The notes: generated from the letters alone by a model not told the origin. Positions 17,043 through 28,256 are shown, counted from the stretch's first letter. The stretch: 64,000 nucleotides of DNA from Firmicutes bacterium UBA2598 (GCA_002339345.1 DDKM01000032.1:13259-77258), one strand, 5' to 3'. Program-made: numbers and translations.

Positions 17043-18225
17043 CTGGCGGATATCCTTAGGAATATGGGTGCTGGTTTTGGGTATAACCATATTGGTCGGC
17101 GGTTTGGTGGGACCGGAAACCAAACCCGTGATCGATATGCCGGACTTAGACTTTTTCCCGGACGAGGTTTCCGATGGCCGTTACTTTACTGTAGAAGACG
17201 AAAACGGTCGGGAATTAGATAAGACAGCGCGTTTTGTGTATGTAGGTGACGAATTTATCACTCAGGACAATTATCATTACCGCGTGAAAAGGGTGGATGA
17301 CCGCAGGGCTGTGGCAGAATTGTTGGGTCGGGTGGATTTAGTGTCTGCAACGGAAGATGTCCAACCAGTATGGTCATTGGTGAGTTCAAAGCTGTTGCCC
17401 GTGCAGAATCAGCCTCGCAACTTACTAGCCGTATACAATACCCATAGTGCCGAATCCTATGTTCCTACAGACGGTTCAGACAGCATCCCAGGCGGAGGTG
17501 GTATCTTTAAGGTAGGGGATGTCTTTACCGCCAAACTACAGGAACTTGGTGTGGATGTGGCCTATGACAAAACACCCCATGAACCACATGATGCCAATGC
17601 CTATAAACGTTCCCGGCGCACGGCCATACAGTTGCTAAGCCGCGGTCCCGCTGCCATCATTGACATTCACAGGGATGGGGTACCCGATCCAGATTTTTAT
17701 ACCGCTAAAATCAGTAACCGTGATGCCACACAAATCCGTCTTGTGGTAGGCCGGCAAAACCAAAATATGCAGGCCAATCTCGACTTTGCCAAAAGAATTA
17801 AGGCCCAGGCGGATCAGATCCATCCTGGATTGATCAAAGGAATATTTATGGCGCGTGGGAACTACAACCAGGATCTTTCCCCGCGGTCAATTCTGATTGA
17901 GGTAGGCACCCACACAAATAAGAGAGAAATGGCCCAGGAAGGAGCGGCCCTTTTTGCCGATGTGATTACCCAGGTAATGGGTCTTGGTGGCCGGGCCGGG
18001 GTAACACCAGGGGGACCTGGCCCGGTGGGTGCTACACGGATAGGGGGCGACTGGTTCGGTGTATTGTGGGTTTTGGGTATCTTGTTGGTTGGTGGTGGAG
18101 CGTTTTTGCTCATCAGCACCGGCAGTTGGCAGGGTGCTGTGGATAAACTGCGTCAATTCTCCACAAAGGAATGGGCGAATGCTCTGAGACGGAGGAAGGG
18201 CGACAAAAAACCGGACAATCAGTAG
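17032..18225 (+). CDS. spoIIP: Stage II sporulation protein P
   Basis: N-terminal TM segment, then LLAVYNTHSAESY, IDIHRDG and ILIEVG (amidase-3-like SpoIIP core). The start was refined to ATG 17032. Confidence 0.85.
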   Translation: MRNNWRISLGIWVLVLGITILVGGLVGPETKPVIDMPDLDFFPDEVSDGRYFTVEDENGRELDKTARFVYVGDEFITQDNYHYRVKRVDDRRAVAELLGRVDLVSATEDVQPVWSLVSSKLLPVQNQPRNLLAVYNTHSAESYVPTDGSDSIPGGGGIFKVGDVFTAKLQELGVDVAYDKTPHEPHDANAYKRSRRTAIQLLSRGPAAIIDIHRDGVPDPDFYTAKISNRDATQIRLVVGRQNQNMQANLDFAKRIKAQADQIHPGLIKGIFMARGNYNQDLSPRSILIEVGTHTNKREMAQEGAALFADVITQVMGLGGRAGVTPGGPGPVGATRIGGDWFGVLWVLGILLVGGGAFLLISTGSWQGAVDKLRQFSTKEWANALRRRKGDKKPDNQ

Positions 18226-18319
18226 CTCCGGAAGAATTTGGTCCGATAGTTGATGATCGACCGATTTTTAGCGGCGTAATCGCCGCTTTTTATTGCCGCT
18301 ACAGAATAGGGAGGAATCA

Positions 18320-18802
18320 ATGAAGGTAATTTACTATTGTTATGGTGGTTCCCATTCTTCCGTAACGGCTGCTGCCATTCACCTGGGACTGTTAAAGGAA
18401 AGGCCTTCATACCACCAGTTGCTTGATATCCCCTACTTTGATTACCAGACAAAATACCAGCATGGGATTATCCGGTGCTTGGGGGTGGATGGGAATGGTA
18501 CGGAAGTGTTTTTTGTGGGACGACGGAACTATAAAGCTTTTGAACAACTAGTTCTTTCAATAGCAGACCTGCTGGGTACGCCAAGGTCGGAACTGATATT
18601 GGTGAACACGCTCCCATGCACAAACTGGCTCATGGTAATCGGCGGATTGCTTTCCCGTGGGCTTGGGTTGGTAAGCTTGGGGCGGCCAATCGTTGCTTGG
18701 GGCACTATCATGGCCTTTCCCCGTTTCACCAGCTTGGTTAAAGAAGTTAAAGGGCTGGTTTCCGTCCATTTAAGCTGCAAGGAAAGCAGGCCTAACGAAT
18801 GA
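18320..18802 (+). CDS. DUF3189-family protein (paralog 1)
   Basis: MKVIYYCYGGSHSSVTAAAIHLGLL... The start was refined to ATG 18320 behind GGGAGG. It is paralogous to the next gene. Confidence 0.7.
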   Translation: MKVIYYCYGGSHSSVTAAAIHLGLLKERPSYHQLLDIPYFDYQTKYQHGIIRCLGVDGNGTEVFFVGRRNYKAFEQLVLSIADLLGTPRSELILVNTLPCTNWLMVIGGLLSRGLGLVSLGRPIVAWGTIMAFPRFTSLVKEVKGLVSVHLSCKESRPNE

Positions 18803-19245
18803 TTGTCATTTACTGTTGTGTTACTGGCGTACATGATGCACAAATAGCTGCTGGAATACACCTGGGCATCTTGCAACCGGATTATGGTGCAACCCGCATA
18901 CAATTTAAGCACATGGAGGGTTACAACAATTATGCCTACTACCAAACGGGCGGAATCCGTGTAGTGGGTAGAGATGGCAGTGGACGGACCGTCGCAACCC
19001 TGGGAGTGGCCAGGGATATGGATGTTGTCTTGGAGACCGTCAACAGCTTGGGTCGCATATGGGGTAAAGAAAAAGTGGATATCCACCTGGTTGATGTCGG
19101 TAGACCTTATTGGAAGACCATGATCTGGTCGCTGTGTCACAAGCTAAAGCTTCCAAACCTGGGGAATTGCCTCATGGATGGGCACATACGAGGGGAATTT
19201 ACTCGGATTGCCAAACTGGTTGAGAAGTACCAATCCCTTGACTAG
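18799..19245 (+). CDS. DUF3189-family protein (paralog 2)
   Basis: MIVIYCCVTGVHDAQIAAGIHLGIL...GGIRVVGRDGSGRTV shares an N-terminal motif with the upstream gene. Start and stop overlap in ATGA. Confidence 0.7.
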   Translation: MIVIYCCVTGVHDAQIAAGIHLGILQPDYGATRIQFKHMEGYNNYAYYQTGGIRVVGRDGSGRTVATLGVARDMDVVLETVNSLGRIWGKEKVDIHLVDVGRPYWKTMIWSLCHKLKLPNLGNCLMDGHIRGEFTRIAKLVEKYQSLD

Positions 19246-19257
19246 CCGGAATGGATA

Positions 19258-20643
19258 ATGGATAATGATGGCGAACAAGGGGTGGAGAACTTGGTTAATA
19301 AAATGGTGTCTCATGAGGTCATCGAAAAGGTTGTGCCTGGTAGCATCGCCGACAGGCTGGGCATAAAGGCGGGGGACTTGCTCTTATCCATTAATGGGCA
19401 GCCAGTAACCGATCAGATTGATTACCGGTTTTTGGGGGCTGGGGAATGGGTGCAAGTAGATATTAAATCTAATAAAGGATACCGGCGGTCATTCACCGTT
19501 AAAAAGGATTTCGAAACTGATCTGGGTTTGGTCCTATCCTCGGCGAACCCCAAGAATATAAGAGAATGCCGGAACAAATGTATTTTTTGTTTTGTGGACC
19601 AGATGCCCGGTGGCATGCGGGAAAGCCTGTATGTGCGGGATGATGACTACCGCCAATCTTTTTTGTATGGTAATTTTATCACCCTTACCAACACCAGTTT
19701 GGCTGATCTGGAAAGAATCGTGCGATTGCGGCTTAGCCCCCTTTACATTTCTGTTCACACCACCAACCCTGAGTTAAGATGCCGAATGCTGCGCAACAAA
19801 GATGCCGGGCGCCTCATGGAGCAAATGAAGTTTCTTGCCGAAGGCGGCATTGAGATGCATACCCAAATTGTTTTATGTCCCGGGGTCAATGATGGCCCGG
19901 AACTGGATCGTACTATCCAGGACCTAGCTTCACTTTGGCCAGCGGTAAACTCATTGGCGGTTGTGCCGGTAGGTTTAACCAGATACCGCCATGGACTTAT
20001 GCAGGTGGATGGGTTTGATCACCGTTTGGCAACAGAACTTGTCAGACAACTAAAAAAGCATCAGCTCCGTTTTTTGCATCAGTTGTCTACGCGGTTTGTT
20101 TTTCCGGCAGATGAGTTTTACCTGCTGGCGGAAATGAATTTACCAGCTGGTACTACTTATGAAGGGTATCCCCAGCTGGAGAATGGAGTTGGTCTAGTTA
20201 GGCTATTCCTAGATAACTACAGGTCGGCGAGGCGTCGGCTACCCGATCAGCTACCTGCTAGGCGGCGCGTTCTGGTTGTTACAGGTATATCCGCTGGGCC
20301 GCTATTGCAAAGTATCTGCAGTGATTTGGTGGAAAGGGTTGGAAATTTGGAAATTATGGTAGCCCCAATCCAAAATGATTTTTTTGGCCCCAGAGTTACC
20401 GTAGCCGGTTTGCTGACAGGGGGAGACTTGGTGAGGGGACTACTCTCTCATGTAGAGGGTAAAAAGTGGGACGCTATTTTGTTGCCATCGATAATGCTGA
20501 AAACTGGGGAAGATCTTTTTTTGGATAATCTTAGCCTAAAAGAGGTAGCCTTTTCCCTTGATACCCCGTTGACTGTTGTAAATCCCGATGGCCGATCCTT
20601 TGTTAAAGCAATTTTGGGCAATCCTACACCAAAAAAGGCGTAA
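19258..20643 (+). CDS. DUF512 protein with N-terminal PDZ domain and radical-SAM-type CX3CX2C motif
   Basis: PDZ-like GSIADRLGIKAGDLLLSING, then CRNKCIFCF (CX3CX2C) and YVRDDDYRQSFLYGNFITLTN. Position upstream of der is conserved in Clostridia, as I recall. The start codon is not certain. Confidence 0.75.
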   Translation: MDNDGEQGVENLVNKMVSHEVIEKVVPGSIADRLGIKAGDLLLSINGQPVTDQIDYRFLGAGEWVQVDIKSNKGYRRSFTVKKDFETDLGLVLSSANPKNIRECRNKCIFCFVDQMPGGMRESLYVRDDDYRQSFLYGNFITLTNTSLADLERIVRLRLSPLYISVHTTNPELRCRMLRNKDAGRLMEQMKFLAEGGIEMHTQIVLCPGVNDGPELDRTIQDLASLWPAVNSLAVVPVGLTRYRHGLMQVDGFDHRLATELVRQLKKHQLRFLHQLSTRFVFPADEFYLLAEMNLPAGTTYEGYPQLENGVGLVRLFLDNYRSARRRLPDQLPARRRVLVVTGISAGPLLQSICSDLVERVGNLEIMVAPIQNDFFGPRVTVAGLLTGGDLVRGLLSHVEGKKWDAILLPSIMLKTGEDLFLDNLSLKEVAFSLDTPLTVVNPDGRSFVKAILGNPTPKKA

Positions 20644-20660
20644 TTCTTAAGGAGGTTGCC

Positions 20661-22004
20661 ATGGGTAAGCCGATTGTTGCCATTGTGGGCAGACCAAATG
20701 TAGGTAAATCAACACTGTTTAACCGTTTGACGGGAGGTAGGGTTGCCATTGTGGAGGATGTCCCAGGGGTAACCAGGGACCGCTTATACCGGGATGCCGA
20801 GTGGGCGGGCCGAGTCTTTACCGTTGTGGACACAGGCGGGATTGACTTTAGCGAGGGGGAAGTAACAAATTCCATTGTGAAGCAAATGCGTTTTCAGGCC
20901 GAGATAGCCATTGGCGAAGCTGACGTCGTGCTGTTTTTGGTGGATGCCAAAACAGGCCTGATGCCCGATGATTATGCCATCGCCGAAGTGTTGCGCCGAT
21001 CCCACAAACCGGTTATTTTAGTTGCAAATAAAGTTGAGGACTTCAGTGACAAGGGTACGTTTATAGATTTTTATCAATTGGGAGTTGGCGAACCAATTCC
21101 CATTTCTGCAGCCCATGGCATGAACACCGGCGATCTGCTGGATAAGCTGGTTGAAATCATTCCATCCTTAAGTCCGGATCCCTATCCCGATGGGGCGATC
21201 AAGGTAGCCGTAATCGGCAGGCCCAATGTAGGGAAATCTTCCCTGGTAAACAGGTTGTTGGGACATGAGCGTTCCATTGTAAGCAATGTACCGGGCACTA
21301 CGCGTGACGCCCTGGATACTCCCTTTTATCATAACGGGCGACTATTTATCCTGGTGGATACAGCAGGCATACGGCGCAAGGCCAGGATTGAGTTACCCAC
21401 GGAACGGTACAGTGTTATTCGATCACTTAAGGCCATTGACCGTAGTGATGTGGCTCTAATGCTATTGGACGGTCAGGAGGGAGTGACCGAGCAGGACAAG
21501 CGGATTGCCGGCTATGCTCATGAAGCGGGTAAGGCAATGATTGTGGTGGTAAACAAATGGGACCTGGTGGTGAAAGATGACAAGACATTACACCGGTACG
21601 AAAAGGAAGTGAAAAACCAGCTTTCTTTTATGTCCTATGCACCGATAGTATTCATATCGGCCTTGACCGGTCAGCGTGTATATCATTTGCCACAATTGAT
21701 CTGGCAGGTAGCGGAACAGTCGGCAATGCGCATTGGTACTAGTGAGCTTAATGATTTGCTCAGAGAAGCAGTGGCATTAAATCCCCCCCCCACCTATAAG
21801 GGAAAGAAATTAAAGATATATTACGCTACTCAAGCGTCTGTCCAACCCCCAACCTTTATTCTATTTGTAAACCAGGCGGAGCTGGTGCATTTTTCGTACC
21901 TAAGGTATTTGGAGAACCAGTTGAGACAGACCTATGGGTTTACCGGCACTCCCATCAGGTTATCCGTCCGGCAGCGTGAAGGCCCTGAAGGGGCCTCCAA
22001 GTAA
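20661..22004 (+). CDS. der: Ribosome-biogenesis GTPase Der (EngA), double GTPase domain plus KH-like domain
   Basis: Two G-domains (GRPNVGKST...DTGG and GRPNVGKSS...DTAG...NKWD) and a C-terminal KH-like domain. Confidence 0.95.
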   Translation: MGKPIVAIVGRPNVGKSTLFNRLTGGRVAIVEDVPGVTRDRLYRDAEWAGRVFTVVDTGGIDFSEGEVTNSIVKQMRFQAEIAIGEADVVLFLVDAKTGLMPDDYAIAEVLRRSHKPVILVANKVEDFSDKGTFIDFYQLGVGEPIPISAAHGMNTGDLLDKLVEIIPSLSPDPYPDGAIKVAVIGRPNVGKSSLVNRLLGHERSIVSNVPGTTRDALDTPFYHNGRLFILVDTAGIRRKARIELPTERYSVIRSLKAIDRSDVALMLLDGQEGVTEQDKRIAGYAHEAGKAMIVVVNKWDLVVKDDKTLHRYEKEVKNQLSFMSYAPIVFISALTGQRVYHLPQLIWQVAEQSAMRIGTSELNDLLREAVALNPPPTYKGKKLKIYYATQASVQPPTFILFVNQAELVHFSYLRYLENQLRQTYGFTGTPIRLSVRQREGPEGASK

Positions 22005-22031
22005 AATATCGCCATGGGAGGAGAAGTGGGA

Positions 22032-22622
22032 ATGTTAGCCTTCGGTTTGATCATCCTTGCATACGTGTTGGGGTCCCTTCCCATAGGATACCTTGTCGGC
22101 AAGCACCTGCGGGGAATTGATATCCGGCAGCATGGCAGCGGAAACATCGGTACTACCAATGCCTTCCGCATCATGGGTACAGGGCCAGGAATTGTAGTTC
22201 TGGTTGGCGATTTGCTGAAAGGAATGTTACCGGTTCTATTCAGCCAATACGCTACTGGCCCCAACATTGCACTTCTGGCTGGAATTGCTGCCATAGCAGG
22301 TCATAACTGGTCATTGTTTCTCGGTTTCAGCGGTGGTAGGGGAGTGGCCACTGCCGCAGGTGTAATATTTGCCCTTGCACCTTCGGTAATCCTGGTAGCG
22401 TTCTTGATTTGGGTAGCTGTTGTGGGTCTTTCCCGCTATGTTTCCCTAGGTTCAATTGTTGCCGCAATTTCTGTGCCTCTGTTAATGATCATCTTTGCCA
22501 AACCGTGGTCTTATACGTTTTTTGGAATCATTGCTGCACTTTTCATCATCATCAGACACCGTCCCAACATCCTGCGGTTACTGAAGGGGACTGAAAACAG
22601 GCTGGGTGGGCATACAAAATAA
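22032..22622 (+). CDS. plsY: Glycerol-3-phosphate acyltransferase PlsY
   Basis: MLAFGLIILAYVLGSLPIGYLVGK...GSGNIGTTNA..R..G motif. The start was refined to ATG 22032, 8 nt after GGGAGGAG. Confidence 0.9.
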   Translation: MLAFGLIILAYVLGSLPIGYLVGKHLRGIDIRQHGSGNIGTTNAFRIMGTGPGIVVLVGDLLKGMLPVLFSQYATGPNIALLAGIAAIAGHNWSLFLGFSGGRGVATAAGVIFALAPSVILVAFLIWVAVVGLSRYVSLGSIVAAISVPLLMIIFAKPWSYTFFGIIAALFIIIRHRPNILRLLKGTENRLGGHTK

Positions 22623-22634
22623 GGGGGCAAGGGG

Positions 22635-23666
22635 ATGCAGAAAATTGCGGTTATGGGCGGGGGTAGTTGGGGAACTGCCTTGGCAATACTACTTGCAAAA
22701 AAGAAACACCCGGTCGGTCTTTGGGTGAGGAACGAACAGGCCAGTTTGGTTATGGAACGGGAAAGATCAAATCCCCAATACTTACCGGGAGCTACCCTGC
22801 CAGCTAACGTGTCTGTAAGTCATCACCTGGAGGATGTACTATCGGGGGCGGGAGCGGTAATCCTTGCAGTTCCTTCCCACGCAGTGCGGTCGGTCATTTC
22901 CCAGGTTGCACCATACATTGACCAGGATACCCTGGTTATCAATACGGCCAAGGGGTTGGAGCTGGGTTCCCTACAACGCCTGTCGCAGGTCATCATACAA
23001 GAACTGCAGAAAATCCGTAACCCGCAGGTGGCGGTACTTTCCGGACCAAGCCATGCCGAGGAAGTGGTGAAGGACATGCCCACTGCTGTAGTTGTGGCGG
23101 CCACTAGCAAATCATATGCCGAATCCGCCCAGGATTTGTTAATGACACCCCATTTCCGCGTATATACCAACCCGGATATGATCGGAGTTGAATTAGGTGG
23201 TGCTTTAAAAAATATCATAGCTTTGGCAACGGGTATTTCTGACGGGCTTGGTTTTGGCGATAACACCAGAGCAGCCCTAATTACCCGGGGAATTGCCGAA
23301 ATCGGGAGGCTTGGGGTCGCCCTTGGTGCCAGTCCTTTTACCTTTGCCGGGTTGGCAGGTATCGGTGATTTGGTGGTTACTTGCAATAGCATGCACAGCC
23401 GCAATAGAAGGGCAGGAATTCTACTGGGACAGGGAATGCCACTGGAAAGGGTACTGGCGAAAATTGGGATGGTTGTTGAGGGTATCCGGGCAGTACAAGC
23501 CGGCATCATGCTTGGGGAACAGTTAAATATCGAGATGCCTATCACCAGGGAAATACATCAGATTCTTTTTAAAGGCCAGAACCCGGCAGAGGGTGTATCA
23601 AACCTAATGCAGCGTACGCGAACCCACGAGGTGGAAGATGTTTCCGGACGAGGCCGGGGATGGTAA
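22635..23666 (+). CDS. gpsA: NAD(P)H-dependent glycerol-3-phosphate dehydrogenase
   Basis: IAVMGGGSWGTALA Rossmann motif, NTAKG.E, GALKN(I)IA and GDL..TC.S..SRN motifs. Confidence 0.95.
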   Translation: MQKIAVMGGGSWGTALAILLAKKKHPVGLWVRNEQASLVMERERSNPQYLPGATLPANVSVSHHLEDVLSGAGAVILAVPSHAVRSVISQVAPYIDQDTLVINTAKGLELGSLQRLSQVIIQELQKIRNPQVAVLSGPSHAEEVVKDMPTAVVVAATSKSYAESAQDLLMTPHFRVYTNPDMIGVELGGALKNIIALATGISDGLGFGDNTRAALITRGIAEIGRLGVALGASPFTFAGLAGIGDLVVTCNSMHSRNRRAGILLGQGMPLERVLAKIGMVVEGIRAVQAGIMLGEQLNIEMPITREIHQILFKGQNPAEGVSNLMQRTRTHEVEDVSGRGRGW

Positions 23667-23720
23667 TGGCGTATTACCCTATATCCAGTTTAAAAGTTTC
23701 ACGTAGGTTAAAATTTCTAG

Positions 23721-23757
23721 GATGGTGCGGTGAAAAGCCGCATCATTTTTTATTTTT
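23721..23757 (+). terminator. Rho-independent terminator after gpsA
   Basis: GAUGGUGCGG / CCGCAUCAU stem with a UGAAAAG loop, followed by UUUUUUAUUUUUU. Confidence 0.7.
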
Positions 23758-23963
23758 TAACATTACGGACAGCTTTTTTTGGGAGATGGGTTATATATAC
23801 AGGGACTAGTCATATATATATAGCGTTAATGTGTAACCAATTAAAGGGAAACTAACCGGTCAAAACCGGCAAACGGTTAGGTGGTGGTAGAAGGGAGGGT
23901 ATATTCTTCGTCTTCGGCATTCATTGCCTGGGTAGAAGATTAATTGGATAAGGAGGGAAGTGC

Positions 23964-25442
23964 GTGGATAGGATCGATATCTTCCGGGACATTGCGGAAC
24001 GCACCGGAGGCGACATCTACCTGGGTGTTGTAGGACCGGTTCGGACCGGAAAGTCCACCTTTATTAAGCGTTTTATGGACCTTTTGGTTCTGCCAAATAT
24101 CAAAAACCCCAATGAGCGCGACCGGGCCAAGGATGAAATGCCCCAAAGCGGGGCTGGCCGAACCATAATGACTGCAGAACCAAAATTCATTCCCAATGAA
24201 GCTGTAGAGATTGTAATTAAAGAAGGCCTGAAGATGCAGGTCCGGTTGGTTGACTGTGTTGGCTATACCGTTGAAGGGGCCCTGGGTTATATGGAAGACC
24301 AAGGACCAAGGATGGTCAACACTCCCTGGTTTGACGAGTCCATTCCATTCCAGGAAGCTGCGGAAATTGGTACTAGAAAGGTAATTGTGGATCATTCCAC
24401 CATTGGGATGTTGGTCACAACAGATGGTACCATAACAGACCTGCCGCGGGAATCTTACATCGATGCGGAAGAGCGGGTTGTTTGGGAGCTAAAAGAGATC
24501 CAAAAGCCCTTTGTGGTAATTCTGAACTCTGCTTATCCCTACCGGTCAGAGACGGTGGCGCTGGCCAATTCCCTGGAAGAAAAATATGATGTGCCGGTAA
24601 TCCCGGTGGATTGCGCCGAGATGACCGCTGAAGACATTATTAATATCCTGGAAGAGGCCCTGTATGAATTCCCTGTCACCGAGGTTAACATTGCGTTGCC
24701 ACGATGGGTGGAAGAATTGGACCAGACCCACTGGCTGCGTCAACAGTTTGAGGATGTGGTCAGAATGGCGGTTAACAAGGTTAATCGGCTGAGGGATATT
24801 GACGCCGTGGTGGAGGAGCTGGCTGGGTACGATTTCGTACAAAAAGTCGGACTGCAGAATATGAACCTGGGAACAGGTGCGGCTTCTATTGAGATGGGTG
24901 CAGCCGAGGGCTTATTTTATAAAATACTGGGAGAGGCTTCCGGTTTTTCCATTGAAGGAGAACACCACCTATTACGTCTAATGAAGGATCTCAGTTTTGC
25001 CAAACGGGAGTACGACAAGATAGCCTATGGCTTACAGGAAGTACGAAATACCGGGTATGGGGTGGTCACTCCGGGTGTTGAAGAAATGGAACTGGCGGAA
25101 CCTGAATTGATCAGGCATGGTGGACGGTCGGGAGTTAAGCTGAAGGCAACAGCACCTTCTTACCATCTCATCAGGGCCAATATCACCACGGAAATCACTC
25201 CCCTAATTGGTACGGAAAAACAGTGTGAAGATCTGGTGAAAAACATCTTACAAGATTTTGAAGAGAATCCACAAAAGATATGGGAGACTAACATCTTTGG
25301 CAAATCACTGCATGAGCTTGTACGGGATGGTATCCAGGGCAAACTGTACCGTATGCCGGAAAACGCCCAGATCAAATTGCAGGAAACTGTAGAGCGGATC
25401 GTCAATGAAGGAAGTGGAGGACTAATCTGCATCATTATCTGA
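23964..25442 (+). CDS. spoIVA: Stage IV sporulation protein A (spore-coat morphogenetic ATPase)
   Basis: GTG start behind AGGAGGG. IYLGVVGPVRTGKSTFIKRFM Walker A, and a conserved C-terminus ending ...GGLICIII. Confidence 0.95.
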   Translation: MDRIDIFRDIAERTGGDIYLGVVGPVRTGKSTFIKRFMDLLVLPNIKNPNERDRAKDEMPQSGAGRTIMTAEPKFIPNEAVEIVIKEGLKMQVRLVDCVGYTVEGALGYMEDQGPRMVNTPWFDESIPFQEAAEIGTRKVIVDHSTIGMLVTTDGTITDLPRESYIDAEERVVWELKEIQKPFVVILNSAYPYRSETVALANSLEEKYDVPVIPVDCAEMTAEDIINILEEALYEFPVTEVNIALPRWVEELDQTHWLRQQFEDVVRMAVNKVNRLRDIDAVVEELAGYDFVQKVGLQNMNLGTGAASIEMGAAEGLFYKILGEASGFSIEGEHHLLRLMKDLSFAKREYDKIAYGLQEVRNTGYGVVTPGVEEMELAEPELIRHGGRSGVKLKATAPSYHLIRANITTEITPLIGTEKQCEDLVKNILQDFEENPQKIWETNIFGKSLHELVRDGIQGKLYRMPENAQIKLQETVERIVNEGSGGLICIII

Positions 25443-25445
25443 AAA

Positions 25446-25472
25446 AGTCGGTTCTGACCGGCTTTTTTTTTT
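25446..25472 (+). terminator. Rho-independent terminator after spoIVA
   Basis: AGUCGGU-UCUG-ACCGGCU hairpin followed by a run of 9 U. Confidence 0.8.
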
Positions 25473-25485
25473 AGCTATTTTTGCA

Positions 25486-25514
25486 TTGACAACATATAAT
25501 CTTGCTTGTATATT
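25486..25514 (+). promoter_or_regulatory. SigA-type promoter for the SAM riboswitch-metY-metX unit
   Basis: TTGACA (25486-25491), 17-nt spacer, TG-extended TATATT (25509-25514). Confidence 0.6.
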
Positions 25515-25546
25515 AATTTTATGATTGTTAACCCAATCAAAAAAGA

Positions 25547-25668
25547 AGACTCTTATCCAGAGAGGTGGAGGGACTGGCCCGATGAAACCCGGCAACCATT
25601 ACCTGCCGCATTATGGGCAGGAAAAGGTGCCAATTCCTGCAGGGCGACAGTCCTGAAAGATAAGAGGA
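25547..25668 (+). promoter_or_regulatory. SAM-I (S-box) riboswitch aptamer
   Basis: CUCUUAUCCAGAGAGGUGGAGGGACUGGCCCGAUGAAACCCGGCAACC...GGUGCCAAUUCCUGCAGG...GAUAAGAGG matches the S-box consensus almost position for position. It lies upstream of methionine-biosynthesis genes. Confidence 0.92.
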
Positions 25669-25682
25669 GGTTTAGCGCGCAG

Positions 25683-25708
25683 CCTCTTCTTGTCGAAGAG
25701 GTTTTTTG
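25683..25708 (+). terminator. Expression-platform terminator of the SAM riboswitch
   Basis: CCUCUUC-UUGUC-GAAGAGG followed by UUUUUU. The 5' arm can alternatively pair with the aptamer P1 3' strand (AAGAGG). Confidence 0.8.
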
Positions 25709-25747
25709 TGTGTTGAGAGAGGTTACAGTTAAGATAAAAACATTTAG

Positions 25748-27037
<1,290 letters not shown>

Positions 27038-27056
27038 AATAGCAAAGGAGACTTCA

Positions 27057-28175
27057 ATGGCAGGAATAGGTGTGGTTCAAACACAAAAATATACCTTTGC
27101 CCATCCCCCGGACCACTTTCTATTGGAAAGTGGAAAACGTCTTGGTCCCATTACGGTAGCCTATGAGACATATGGAGAGTTAAACAGTACGGGAGACAAT
27201 GTCATTCTGATTTGCCACGCCCTGACCGGTGATGCCCACGTAGCAGGTCTGAAAAGGCCGGATGACCGGGTTCCTGGCTGGTGGGATGAGATGATTGGTC
27301 CAGACCGGGTATTCGACACCAACCGGTATCTGGTAGTTTGTAGCAATGTGTTGGGCGGATGTTATGGAACAACAGGGCCTTCCAGTTTAGACCCTGCCAC
27401 AGGTTCTCCTTATGGAATGCGTTTTCCGGTAGTAACCATCAGGGATATGGTCAATGTCCAGTATCGCCTGCTTCAGTACCTTGGCGTGCGACGCCTAAAA
27501 TTGGTGGTAGGCGGTTCCATGGGTGGCATGCAGGTTCTGGAATGGGCAATATCCTACCCCGATTTCATGGAAGCGGTTATCCCCATAGCCACATCGGGTC
27601 GCTTGTCTGCACAGGGCATTGCCTACAACCAAACCCAGCGGCTAGCCATTATGCAGGATCCTCTGTGGAATAACGGGGACTACCCTCTGGGGGGTGGACC
27701 CGGGAAAGGCCTCAGTTTGGCACGCATGATTGGAACCATTACCTACAAGAGTGACCAGTCTTGGACCAAGAAATTTGGGCGCACCTTCAGTAGCCATGAC
27801 CCGAGGGACATCTTTGAATTTGATCAATGTTTCGAAGTGGAAAATTATCTGCATTACCAGGGGCGCAAGTTGGTGGATCGTTTCGACGCCAACACCTATC
27901 TCTACCTTACTAAGGCTATGGATCTCCATGATGTGGGCAGGAACAGATCCTCCTACGAGGAAGCCCTTGCGCAGATACGCTGCCGCGTGCTTTCCATCGG
28001 AATAACCTCGGATTTCCTTTATCCCACCCACTGGCAAAAGGAGTTGGTACAGATTTTGCGAAGGGCCGGTCGCAACGCCAGGTATGCAGAAATAGAATCT
28101 CCCTACGGGCATGATGCCTTTCTCATTGAATTTCGACAGATGGCTGACATCATGGAACGCTTTTTACAGGAATAA
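27057..28175 (+). CDS. metX: Homoserine O-acetyltransferase
   Basis: NVILICHALTGD, VVGGSMGGMQ (nucleophile elbow) and the SPYGHDAFL C-terminal motif. The start was refined to ATG 27057 behind AAGGAGA. Confidence 0.9.
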   Translation: MAGIGVVQTQKYTFAHPPDHFLLESGKRLGPITVAYETYGELNSTGDNVILICHALTGDAHVAGLKRPDDRVPGWWDEMIGPDRVFDTNRYLVVCSNVLGGCYGTTGPSSLDPATGSPYGMRFPVVTIRDMVNVQYRLLQYLGVRRLKLVVGGSMGGMQVLEWAISYPDFMEAVIPIATSGRLSAQGIAYNQTQRLAIMQDPLWNNGDYPLGGGPGKGLSLARMIGTITYKSDQSWTKKFGRTFSSHDPRDIFEFDQCFEVENYLHYQGRKLVDRFDANTYLYLTKAMDLHDVGRNRSSYEEALAQIRCRVLSIGITSDFLYPTHWQKELVQILRRAGRNARYAEIESPYGHDAFLIEFRQMADIMERFLQE

Positions 28176-28183
28176 CCCTAATC

Positions 28184-28216
28184 AAGGTGGGAACGGAAAG
28201 GAACCCACCTTTTTTA
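28184..28216 (+). terminator. Rho-independent terminator after metX
   Basis: AAGGUGGG ... CCCACCUU hairpin followed by UUUUUAUU. Confidence 0.75.
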
Positions 28217-28227
28217 TTAAAAGTCTA

Positions 28228-28256
28228 TTGGCCAAAACCCCATTCCTTGGTATAAT
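28228..28256 (+). promoter_or_regulatory. SigA-type promoter of the ACT-hom-thrC-thrB-aspartokinase operon
   Basis: TTGGCC (28228-28233), 17-nt spacer, TATAAT (28251-28256). Confidence 0.5.

Noticed and set aside
22823-23545. Long antisense ORFs inside well-supported genes. Examples: 240 aa opposite gpsA; 244 aa at 28566-29300 opposite hom; 214 aa at 9821-10465 opposite aroA/cmk; 203 aa at 18529-19140; 197 aa at 30799-31392; 183 aa at 3070-3621.
   Set aside because: Each lies entirely within, and opposite to, a gene with strong family motifs. They lack SD sequences and have skewed low-complexity composition (Pro/Ser/Arg/Thr-rich), typical of shadow ORFs.
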